Positions 39,801-47,065 of a DNA stretch of 64,000 nucleotides are shown in pieces. The stretch lies in NCBI GenBank assembly GCA_965231135.1, contig OZ246419.1:449488-513487 (forward strand), in the 5' to 3' direction. The notes beneath the pieces are model-generated. The model saw only the letters and a program-made list of their open reading frames with translations. It searched no databases and was not told the DNA's origin. A program made the translations under genes and the position numbers. Numbering within the stretch: the stretch's first letter is position 1; each line of letters starts with the position of its first letter. The DNA comes from an uncultured Gammaproteobacteria bacterium (lineage in GTDB: Bacteria; Patescibacteriota; Microgenomatia; UBA8517).

Positions 39801-40302
39801 ACACCGGGCAAATGAATTTAGCCCGGACCATTTTCCAAAAGAACCAATCAAATTTGCTGGAGTAATTAGCGAAGTGAAAGTTGTTGTTACCAAGAAAACT
39901 CAAGCCCAAATGGCGTTTGCCAGGGTTGATGATGAAACAGGAAGCGTGCGTGTGGTGATTTTCCCGAAGCTTTATAAAGAAACACAAAAACTTTGGATTG
40001 AAGCTACTCCAGTATTACTTAGCGGTAAACTTGATGCACGGGAAGATGAAATTAATATGCTTGTAGATACAATAGATACAAAAGACACGATTAAAAATAA
40101 AAAGCAGGAGTTTTTGCTTAAAATCCCTAAAGATACAGATGTTGAAAGATTAAAGGAACTTAAATCTCTACTTTTGCAAAATCCGGGAGGAGATAAGGTA
40201 GTATTAATTTTTGAGGGGACAGGACGAAGAGTTGAGCTTAATTTTGGAATTTCCTGGAGCCCGAACTTAATGCGCGAAATTGACAGCCTTCTTGAAGCTT
40301 GA
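36832..40302 (+). CDS. dnaE: DNA polymerase III alpha subunit
   Basis: HLHTEYSLLDG, RGSAAGS, PDIDFD, YGFNKAH; no intein-sized insertion. Confidence 0.97.
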   Translation: MANKFVHLHLHTEYSLLDGLSKISKLLTRVKEMEMDTVAITDHGTMYGAIEFYKKAKAENVKPIIGVEAYTVLHDHKERPEKERFNYNHLLLLAKDEEGYKNLMKITSIAHLEGYYYRPRIQRELIEKYSKGIICTSACVNGEIARAFIEEDPKRAKETATWFQQVFGDDYYLEIQRHEYDKHVETAPDEMKAELREQSRIEKLVNENVVKLSREMGIPLIATNDAHYINKEDANAQDVLVCVATGKKVTETKRIRMVDAPTYYARPYEEMAALFPDYPDALENTVKIAEKCNLEISTFGKWFFPKFPLPNDEDSGEYLKRIANEKLKEKFGEPTKELQERLDHELGIINTKGYAPYFLIDMDLAAWTRSQGIITNTRGSAAGSLTSFVLGITTVNPVKYYLPFERFLNPYRPSPPDIDFDVADDKRDQIIGYISQKYGADKVAQVCTFGRMLARAAVRDVARVLGYEYAVGDRISKMIPPPKQGFPINIDKALTVNPELKNLYDTDPDAKKIIDLAKQVEGSARHVSVHAAGVVVAPTTMTDFSPVQKERDGDKIITQYEMHAAEDVGLIKFDMLGIRNLSILGLAVKIVEERHKTKIDLHEIPIENDPRAKKTFDMLAEGGTMGVFQLGSAGMTKYIKELKPNKVEDLMAMIALYRPGPIAVIPEYIARKNNPKLISYLDPRMEKFLGASYGLIVYQDDLLFCALDLAGYTWEEADKFRKAVGKKIPEEMAAQKEKLVNGIIAHGQTKEFAEHLWQLFEPFQAYGFNKAHAASYGMVVYQTAYMKANYPVEYMTALLTCESNDKDKITEAIGECRRMGITVLPPDINKSDVGFTIETTADGIDAIRFGLSAIKNVGHAAVEAILEARKEGDFVNLYDFLERIDGRRVNKKVLESLVKVGAMSIFGKRNAVFSSIDEIKAKIKPKKAAAQQGLFGDEMIEKAAPTNIQLANVDEFSEDEMQSFEKQLLGFSLSAKPLNETIGELMNYSTHRANEFSPDHFPKEPIKFAGVISEVKVVVTKKTQAQMAFARVDDETGSVRVVIFPKLYKETQKLWIEATPVLLSGKLDAREDEINMLVDTIDTKDTIKNKKQEFLLKIPKDTDVERLKELKSLLLQNPGGDKVVLIFEGTGRRVELNFGISWSPNLMREIDSLLEA

Positions 40303-40326
40303 GCTTAAATCGTGTAAAATACACCT

Positions 40327-40761
40327 ATGTCATTAACCTTGAAGCACAAGACAACCGAATTTGGCGTTGGAGATGAAGTCCGTATCCGACTTAAAGTCCA
40401 AGAAGGAGAAAAAACCAGAAATCAAATTTTTGAGGGAATGGTTATTGGAATAAAGGGAGACGGAGAAAACAAGACTTTTACAGTTCGAAAAATTGCTGAG
40501 GGAAATGTTGGCGCTGAAATGATTTTCCCAATAAATACTCCAAGCATAGATGAAATCAAAGTTGTTCGAGTTGGGCATGAAGGAGCACAACACGCTAAGC
40601 TTTATTATGTGCGTGAGAAATCAAGAAGAGAAATTGAAAAGATTTATTCAAGAGCAAAGAACAAAAATGTTGCTCCAAAAGCTCCTAAGAAAAAGACAGA
40701 AAAGAAAGAAACTAAAAAAGCTTCAGTAAAAAAAGTTGCTTCTAAGAAAGTGAGTAAATAA
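40327..40761 (+). CDS. rplS: 50S ribosomal protein L19 with Lys-rich C-terminal tail
   Basis: EGEKTRNQIFEG, TFTVRK, AKLYYVR. Confidence 0.93.
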   Translation: MSLTLKHKTTEFGVGDEVRIRLKVQEGEKTRNQIFEGMVIGIKGDGENKTFTVRKIAEGNVGAEMIFPINTPSIDEIKVVRVGHEGAQHAKLYYVREKSRREIEKIYSRAKNKNVAPKAPKKKTEKKETKKASVKKVASKKVSK

Positions 40762-41148
40762 ATGCCAATAGAAGCATTGGTTCGTCTTGAAGATCAACGA
40801 GTTGATCCTACAACTTATATTAATTTTTCTCGCCTTTCTAGAGTTGATCATTGGTATCGAAGATTAGCTAGCGAAGCAGCTTTTTATACTGGTACTGCGT
40901 TAGGCAATTTACATTCATTCCAAAAAAGTTTAGATGGAGACGAACAGACGGAGGTTACCGGCCGTATAACATTGGAGGTTATAGGTGCTTATAACAAAGG
41001 GCTTGCGATGCTTGGTAAAAAGTATGTTGAGGAAGCAAACCAAAGATGTGAATTTGTAATGCAATATAATACAGAGAATCATCGAGAGTTTGGTACAGAA
41101 TTTATGCAGGAAGTTAAAAGTATTTATGGATCATTAATAAGTGAATAA
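40762..41148 (+). CDS. Hypothetical protein (orphan, 128 aa)
   Basis: ATG directly after the rplS stop. Confidence 0.7.
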   Translation: MPIEALVRLEDQRVDPTTYINFSRLSRVDHWYRRLASEAAFYTGTALGNLHSFQKSLDGDEQTEVTGRITLEVIGAYNKGLAMLGKKYVEEANQRCEFVMQYNTENHREFGTEFMQEVKSIYGSLISE

Positions 41149-42549
41149 AGAAATATTTTTCTGATTGTTTGGATTTTCGATATACCTTCTTAAAATTTTA
41201 TAAGTATCATAATCAAAAATGTAATCTTTTTTTAGATTCTCCAGACTCTCATTTTCGTTTTCAAGACTTCCTAAATAACACCATTTATCTATTACATGTA
41301 TTGTTTCTTTTTCATAAGATTCTTTTATCATAATTGGCCCGTCAAATTTCCAGCGCTTAACTTTTTTCGCAAAGAATGCATCGTCAAAGCGCATATTATA
41401 ACGAAGATTTAATTCTTTACCACAACAAGCACCATTACATTGCCCCATTTGTGAATAAAGACATGCACCTTTTCCTTTATCGAGTCCTAATAATCTTGGG
41501 CAAAGTTTATTTTCTTTTGCAACTTGATATAAATAATCCTTTAATTGTTTAATTGATCTAAAAGTGCCAAGGATATTTTCTACGGCCGCAGGCCCGCAAG
41601 CTTTGCTTATATCTTTTTCATTAAATTTATCTATTGTCGTAACTTCTATAGTGTTATAACCCTTTTTATTTTGAGATTTAACAAGAACCAACATTTTCTT
41701 AGATTCGCGAAGCATTCTATTAAATAATGGTTTTTCTTTTTTAATTAAATAAGATTCCAAAAGCATTGCGCTTAAATCTCCAGCTGTTTCTTTATATTCA
41801 ATTGATTTAATGGTTTGAATAATTTTCATGTCAGTATTACTACCGTAATCATTTGAGAAGTGAGACAAAACTCTGTCGCGGATATTTACGCTTTTGCCAA
41901 TATAAATTGGTGCGCCATTTTCATCAAAAAATAAATAAACTCCAGGAGACTCAGGAAGATTGTCGACTGTGTCCAGCGAAATATTTTGCGGAAGAGTGGG
42001 CTTTTTCATTACAAAATTGATTGCATCGTCTAAAACTTTTGGAGAATTTAATTTTTGAGAGATCTGGAAAAAATCCCATAAAACTTTAGCATCTCCATAT
42101 GCCCTATGACGGGCATTATTTTTGATTGCAAACTTTTCCTGAATTGCGTCTAGATTGTAGTGAGATAATCCTGGATAAAGCCGCCTGGCAAGCTTTACTG
42201 TGCAAAAGTGTTTATTCTTAAAATTAACTCCTAATCTTCTAAATTCATTTCGGACAAAACCATAATCAAAACGGACATTGTGAGCAATAAAAATACTTCC
42301 GTCTAAAATTTCCACCAGTTTTTCTTTGATGTCTTCAAAAAGCGGAGCACTTGTTAAACTTATTGAATTAATTCCTGTTATTTCTTCAATATAGGGATCA
42401 ATATGCATCTCGGGGTTTACTAAACTTTCAAAAGTTTCCGTCAAAATATTATTTTCGACTCGAAGAATGCCGATTTCTATGATTCGGCCTGAAACTGGAT
42501 TGGTCCCAGTTGTTTCAATATCTACAAAACAAAGCGGATCTTGGGGCAT
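41134..42549 (-). CDS. DEDDh (DnaQ-like) exonuclease fused to a GIY-YIG UvrC/Cho-like domain
   Basis: DIETTG, AHNVRFD, HRAYGD; PGVYLF...YIGKSVNIRDRV; Cys cluster. Confidence 0.9.
   Translation of the reverse strand: MPQDPLCFVDIETTGTNPVSGRIIEIGILRVENNILTETFESLVNPEMHIDPYIEEITGINSISLTSAPLFEDIKEKLVEILDGSIFIAHNVRFDYGFVRNEFRRLGVNFKNKHFCTVKLARRLYPGLSHYNLDAIQEKFAIKNNARHRAYGDAKVLWDFFQISQKLNSPKVLDDAINFVMKKPTLPQNISLDTVDNLPESPGVYLFFDENGAPIYIGKSVNIRDRVLSHFSNDYGSNTDMKIIQTIKSIEYKETAGDLSAMLLESYLIKKEKPLFNRMLRESKKMLVLVKSQNKKGYNTIEVTTIDKFNEKDISKACGPAAVENILGTFRSIKQLKDYLYQVAKENKLCPRLLGLDKGKGACLYSQMGQCNGACCGKELNLRYNMRFDDAFFAKKVKRWKFDGPIMIKESYEKETIHVIDKWCYLGSLENENESLENLKKDYIFDYDTYKILRRYIENPNNQKNISLFTY
41581..41609 (-). 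repeat. In-frame 27-nt palindromic insertion in the exonuclease gene
   Basis: Minus strand TA-AGCAAAGCTTGC-GGGCC-TGC-GGCCG-TA, a GC-rich island encoding SKACGPAAV. Confidence 0.65.
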
Positions 42550-42585
42550 CCATACAAAATAACAAACAAAACTAGATTTAGCAAG

Positions 42586-42945
42586 CTAATGAATTACGAA
42601 TGTTTCTCCGTTTGGTAATATTTTGTATAAACTTGCATTAAAATAGAAAAACTTTGGAGCTTCTGCATCTTCTGCAAGCATTCGAAAGAACATTTTATAA
42701 TTATTGAATGTTTGTTTTCCTGATATTAAACACATTCCATCCTCTGGTCCGTCAACATTCATTACTACGTGATGGGACTGTCCAGTTTCGTTATCATCTA
42801 AAATAAAATGAGCATAGACTAATCTTCTGAGATGTTCATTTTCTTCTTGATTTAAATATTCTTTTCCAAATAATTCTTCTAAATGTACGATTAATTGTTG
42901 TGTTTTTTCTTGATTCCGTATAAATCTTGGTTCGTACTCAGGCAT
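42586..42945 (-). CDS. Hypothetical protein (orphan, 119 aa)
   Basis: TAGATT six nt before ATG. Confidence 0.7.
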   Translation of the reverse strand: MPEYEPRFIRNQEKTQQLIVHLEELFGKEYLNQEENEHLRRLVYAHFILDDNETGQSHHVVMNVDGPEDGMCLISGKQTFNNYKMFFRMLAEDAEAPKFFYFNASLYKILPNGETFVIH

Positions 42946-43000
42946 TTTCTAAATCTAATGCTAATTATTTATTTTTACAAGAAGCGTGTATACTGGTTTC

Positions 43001-43606
43001 ATGCTTATTTTGGGTATTGACCCTGGAACTGCGACGACTGGCTGGGGACTAATTGAAAAACTTCAAGACAAAGATTTTGAAATACTTGAATGGGGACTGA
43101 TTGAAACTAAAAAAGAAACAGCTCCTCATATTAGACTTCACGAAATACATGAACAAATGCTTTCTATCTTGGATAAATATCGACCAAATGTTTTGGTAAT
43201 GGAAAAAGTTTTTATGTTTAATAATGCAAAAACTGTGATAAGAGTAAGCCAGGCACAAGGAGTCATTCTCCTTGCATCAAGCAGCTGTGGTTTTGATATT
43301 GAAGTTTATGAATATGCTCCGCAAACAATTAAAAAATTAATTACAGGGTCGGGGCGCGCCAAGAAAAAGGAAATGGATATAGCGGTGCATGCAATACTTG
43401 GAAATAAACTTGACAAAAAAGATTTGAAAGACGGGTTTGGAAAATCACGAAAAATGACAAAGACTTATGTTGATAATGCAATTGATGCACTTGCGATTGC
43501 AATGAGCCACTTGATGAAACTTCAGGAAGATATATTATCTAAGCAAGTTCCCCACGCTTCGCGCGGGGGCCTCAGAAAACGCAATGCGAAGAAAGCGGAC
43601 AAATAA
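43001..43606 (+). CDS. ruvC: Holliday junction resolvase RuvC
   Basis: ILGIDPGTATTGWG, MEKVF, IKKLITGSGRA, DALAIA. Confidence 0.93.
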   Translation: MLILGIDPGTATTGWGLIEKLQDKDFEILEWGLIETKKETAPHIRLHEIHEQMLSILDKYRPNVLVMEKVFMFNNAKTVIRVSQAQGVILLASSSCGFDIEVYEYAPQTIKKLITGSGRAKKKEMDIAVHAILGNKLDKKDLKDGFGKSRKMTKTYVDNAIDALAIAMSHLMKLQEDILSKQVPHASRGGLRKRNAKKADK

Positions 43607-43985
43607 ACCTGTTGAGTGGATTAAAGACGATACAATTCGCGAACGGGTAGTACGACTTGTAGTAGACTTGGAAATAGATTGGGTAATGCCTGATTCGATT
43701 CGAACTTTTCGTTCTTATAATTCAAACAGTAATGCTATTGCAAGGATTTGGGGACTAAATAAAATCTGGCAAATGGCCTTGGACTCTGAACCGATGTATG
43801 TGATTGAAGTAATCTCTGAGCGCTTCGACTGTTTAAATGAGCGAGATAAAGATGAAGTTATTTTACATGAGCTTGCACATATTCCTAAAAACTTTTCCGG
43901 AGCTCTGATGGCACATTCTCACGGCAAAGGTGCGTTTCATGATAAATTGGATGAATTTAAAAGAAGATACAGAAGATTAAAATGA
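43584..43985 (+). CDS. Putative zincin metallopeptidase
   Basis: AIARIWG, IEVISERFD, LHELAHIP. Confidence 0.7.
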   Translation: MRRKRTNKPVEWIKDDTIRERVVRLVVDLEIDWVMPDSIRTFRSYNSNSNAIARIWGLNKIWQMALDSEPMYVIEVISERFDCLNERDKDEVILHELAHIPKNFSGALMAHSHGKGAFHDKLDEFKRRYRRLK

Positions 43986-44641
43986 GAATAAGTTTGATTC
44001 ATGGGGAAGATACGACAAAAGCTTATAAAAAATTTAGCGAATTACTTTCTCAATCTAAAAAAAGAGGGTTTGAAATAATTAAAATAAAAAATACACGCGA
44101 AGTTGTGTCTCAAACTCTTTTTGAAGACAAAACAGTTTTTGTTTTGGAGAAGCCTAATAAAGTATATATCAAAGACTGGAAATGGCTTAAGGAAAATGCT
44201 AATAAATATAATTCTAATTTGTTAATTTTTTTTGAAGGGAATGCAGGAGTTGTGATAACTAAGAATTTGCCAAAAGAAGCGAAAGTGGAAATGTTTGAAT
44301 TACCCAAAAATATTTTTCTTTTTTTAGATGCACTTTATCCGGGCAATTCCCGAATCGCTTTAAAGCTTTTTAATGACACAATTAAAACAGAACCAACCGA
44401 ACTTGTATTTCATTTAATGGCCAGACAGTTGCGGGATTTATATTGGGCGCAAATTGGCAAGGACGAAATGCCTTTGCCAAGCTGGAGGATCGAAAAATTA
44501 TCCCGACAAGCTGGGAAATTCAGGCTTGAAAATTTACGGCGCACAATAAATAAATTGTCTGACATTGATATTAAAGCAAAAACAACTGAAGCAGATCTAA
44601 AAACTTTGCTTGATTTATTTATTATTGAGGAATTAAAATGA
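43982..44641 (+). CDS. holA: DNA polymerase III delta subunit-like protein (short)
   Basis: LIHGED N-terminus; IFLFLDAL; L..IDIKAKT C-terminus. Confidence 0.7.
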   Translation: MRISLIHGEDTTKAYKKFSELLSQSKKRGFEIIKIKNTREVVSQTLFEDKTVFVLEKPNKVYIKDWKWLKENANKYNSNLLIFFEGNAGVVITKNLPKEAKVEMFELPKNIFLFLDALYPGNSRIALKLFNDTIKTEPTELVFHLMARQLRDLYWAQIGKDEMPLPSWRIEKLSRQAGKFRLENLRRTINKLSDIDIKAKTTEADLKTLLDLFIIEELK

Positions 44642-45996
44642 GCTTAACAATGGACACTTCTATTTTTAAAGCGTATGACATTCGCGGAATTTTCCCGACA
44701 ACTTTAAACGAAAATATTGCTTACAAAATAGCTCAAGGGTATGCAGAGTATGTAAAACCACAGGCGCCAGTTGTTGTGGGAAATGATGTTCGCCTTCATA
44801 GTGTTGAAATAAAAAATGCAATTATTCGAGGGCTTAATGATGCTGGAATTGATACTGTCGATGTTGGTTTAATAACGACTGATATGCTTTATTTTTGCGT
44901 TGGAAGTTTTGGCTATGGAGGAGGAATTCAAGCAACTGCATCTCACAACCCTCCAGAGTGGCATGGAATAAAAATGATTCGCGAAAAAGTTATCCCGCTT
45001 AATCTGGAAGAAGGAATAAATCAGATCAAGGATTTTGTGGTGCAAGGAAAAACGATAAATGTGGCAAATAAAGGCAAAAACGCAACAAGAGATATTGAAA
45101 ACGAATATTGCCAGTTTATTTTAGGCTTTTTAACACAGAAAAATATCAAACCAATGAAGATAGTGATAGATCCAAACTTTGGCTACAGTGGAAAAATTTT
45201 TGAAAAGATAATTGAACTTGGAAATTTGCCAATAGAATTAATTAAATTAAATTTTGAACCTGATGGAACTTTTCCAAAAGGAAGACCAGATCCTTTTATT
45301 CCGGAAAACAGAATTGAATTTATGGATTTAGTGAAAAATAGCGAAGCGGATTTGGGAATTGCCTGGGACGCTGACGGAGACAGAGTGTTTTTTTGCGCTG
45401 ATGGCGGCGAATTTACCGAGCCTTATTATCTAAATACAATTTTAATAAAGCAAATGCTTGCAGATCATCCGAGGGAAAAAATTATATATGATCCAAGATA
45501 TACCTGGGCCTTGATTGAAGCAATTAAAAATGCAGGTGGAGAAGCTTTGCTTTGCAGGGTTGGACATTCATATATAAAAGAAATGATGCGAAAAGACAAC
45601 GCTCTTTTTGCAACGGAATCAAGCGGACATACTTATTATCGTGATTATTTTTTTGCTGACTGCGGAATGATCCCCCCAATGCAAGTAATTAATTTTTTAT
45701 CCAGCAATAACGTAAAGCTTTCTGATTCTGTAAAACCTGTAATGAATAAATATTTTATTTCAGGAGAAATTAATACAGAAGTAGTTGATAAAGAAGCTAA
45801 AATGAACGAAATTGCTGAAAAATATAAAGATGGACAGCAATCAAGACTTGACGGAATTGCAATTGAATATCAGGAGTATAGATTTTGTGTGCGGCCAAGT
45901 AACACAGAAAATTTATTAAGACTCACACTTGAGGCAAAATCTAAAGAATTAATGGAAGAGAAACGGGATGAAGTATTACGATTAATAAGATCATAA
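44638..45996 (+). CDS. Phosphomannomutase/phosphoglucomutase
   Basis: FKAYDIRG, TASHNP, DADGDR, VRPSNTE. Confidence 0.93.
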   Translation: MSLTMDTSIFKAYDIRGIFPTTLNENIAYKIAQGYAEYVKPQAPVVVGNDVRLHSVEIKNAIIRGLNDAGIDTVDVGLITTDMLYFCVGSFGYGGGIQATASHNPPEWHGIKMIREKVIPLNLEEGINQIKDFVVQGKTINVANKGKNATRDIENEYCQFILGFLTQKNIKPMKIVIDPNFGYSGKIFEKIIELGNLPIELIKLNFEPDGTFPKGRPDPFIPENRIEFMDLVKNSEADLGIAWDADGDRVFFCADGGEFTEPYYLNTILIKQMLADHPREKIIYDPRYTWALIEAIKNAGGEALLCRVGHSYIKEMMRKDNALFATESSGHTYYRDYFFADCGMIPPMQVINFLSSNNVKLSDSVKPVMNKYFISGEINTEVVDKEAKMNEIAEKYKDGQQSRLDGIAIEYQEYRFCVRPSNTENLLRLTLEAKSKELMEEKRDEVLRLIRS

Positions 45997-45997
45997 T

Positions 45998-47059
45998 ATG
46001 CTTGATGACCTGCCAAAAATTTCTCAACTTGATAAGGGAAATATTTTATCTTCAATAGAACATTTGCCGGAACAAATTCAGGATGCCTGGAATGAAATAC
46101 AAAAAGTAGAATTACCGCAGGAATACGGAGACTGCCAAAATATTGTGGTTGCTGGAATGGGAGGGTCGGCTTTAGGAGGACGCATTGTCCATTATTTGGA
46201 ATTTAAAAATTTGAGAGTACCAGTTGAAGTTGTTACAAATTATCACTTACCTTCTTATGTAAATAATAAAACGCTTGTAATTTTGTCCAGTTATTCGGGA
46301 AACACTGAGGAAACAATTTCATGTGCTGCAGACGGCGTAAATAAAAATGCCAAGATCTTTGGAATTGAAACTGGCGGTAAACTTCTTGAAATCTTAGAAG
46401 AACATAAACTACCCTTTTATAAAATTGATCCAGCAAATAATCCGAGCGGACAACCAAGAATGGGTTTGGGTTATTCGATTTCAAGTATTTTGGCGATTTT
46501 AAGCAAACTTAAATTTATTGATATTGAAGATGATGAAATTTTAAACGCAATTGAAATTACAGAAAAGTTTGTAAAAGAATTTGGAGTACGCAGTCATACA
46601 GAAAACAATATTGCAAAAAAACTTGCAGATAAATTGGCAAATAAAATTCCTGTTTTAATTTCCAGTGAACATTTAGTTGGCTCGACCCATGCTTTTAAAA
46701 ATCAACTGAATGAAAATTCTAAAAATTTTAGTATGCATTTTGAAATTTCAGAATTAAATCACCATTTGATGGAAGGACTAAAATATCCAGCAAAGGCAAA
46801 GGAAATTTTACATTTTGTTTTTTTTGAAAGTAATAATTATTTTGAACGAATACAAAAGAGATATTCAATTACACAAGACGTGGTAAAACAAAACGGATAT
46901 GGATTTGATATTTATAAAATGCAATCTAAACATAAACTTGAAGAAGTTTTTGAGTTACTTGCGCTTGGAAGTTATATAAGTTTCTATATCGCAATGATTC
47001 ATGGAATCGATCCCAGCCCAATTCCTTGGGTTGACTATTTTAAGAAGAAAATGGAATAA
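45998..47059 (+). CDS. Bifunctional phosphoglucose/phosphomannose isomerase (SIS)
   Basis: GMGGSA, SSYSGNTEET, QPR, QLNENSK, ELNHH. Confidence 0.9.
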   Translation: MLDDLPKISQLDKGNILSSIEHLPEQIQDAWNEIQKVELPQEYGDCQNIVVAGMGGSALGGRIVHYLEFKNLRVPVEVVTNYHLPSYVNNKTLVILSSYSGNTEETISCAADGVNKNAKIFGIETGGKLLEILEEHKLPFYKIDPANNPSGQPRMGLGYSISSILAILSKLKFIDIEDDEILNAIEITEKFVKEFGVRSHTENNIAKKLADKLANKIPVLISSEHLVGSTHAFKNQLNENSKNFSMHFEISELNHHLMEGLKYPAKAKEILHFVFFESNNYFERIQKRYSITQDVVKQNGYGFDIYKMQSKHKLEEVFELLALGSYISFYIAMIHGIDPSPIPWVDYFKKKME

Positions 47060-47065
47060 TGGAAT

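Noticed and set aside
36832-40302. Intein in DnaE
   Set aside because: Normal length; no splice motifs seen.
42572-42590. TTAGC-AA-GCTAA hairpin as a further element copy
   Set aside because: Core differs and arms are short; could be chance or a weak terminator.
45542-45552. AAGCTTTGCTT in the PMM gene, resembling the element core
   Set aside because: No flanking duplication or second hairpin; the protein has normal length here (GGEALLCRVGH).
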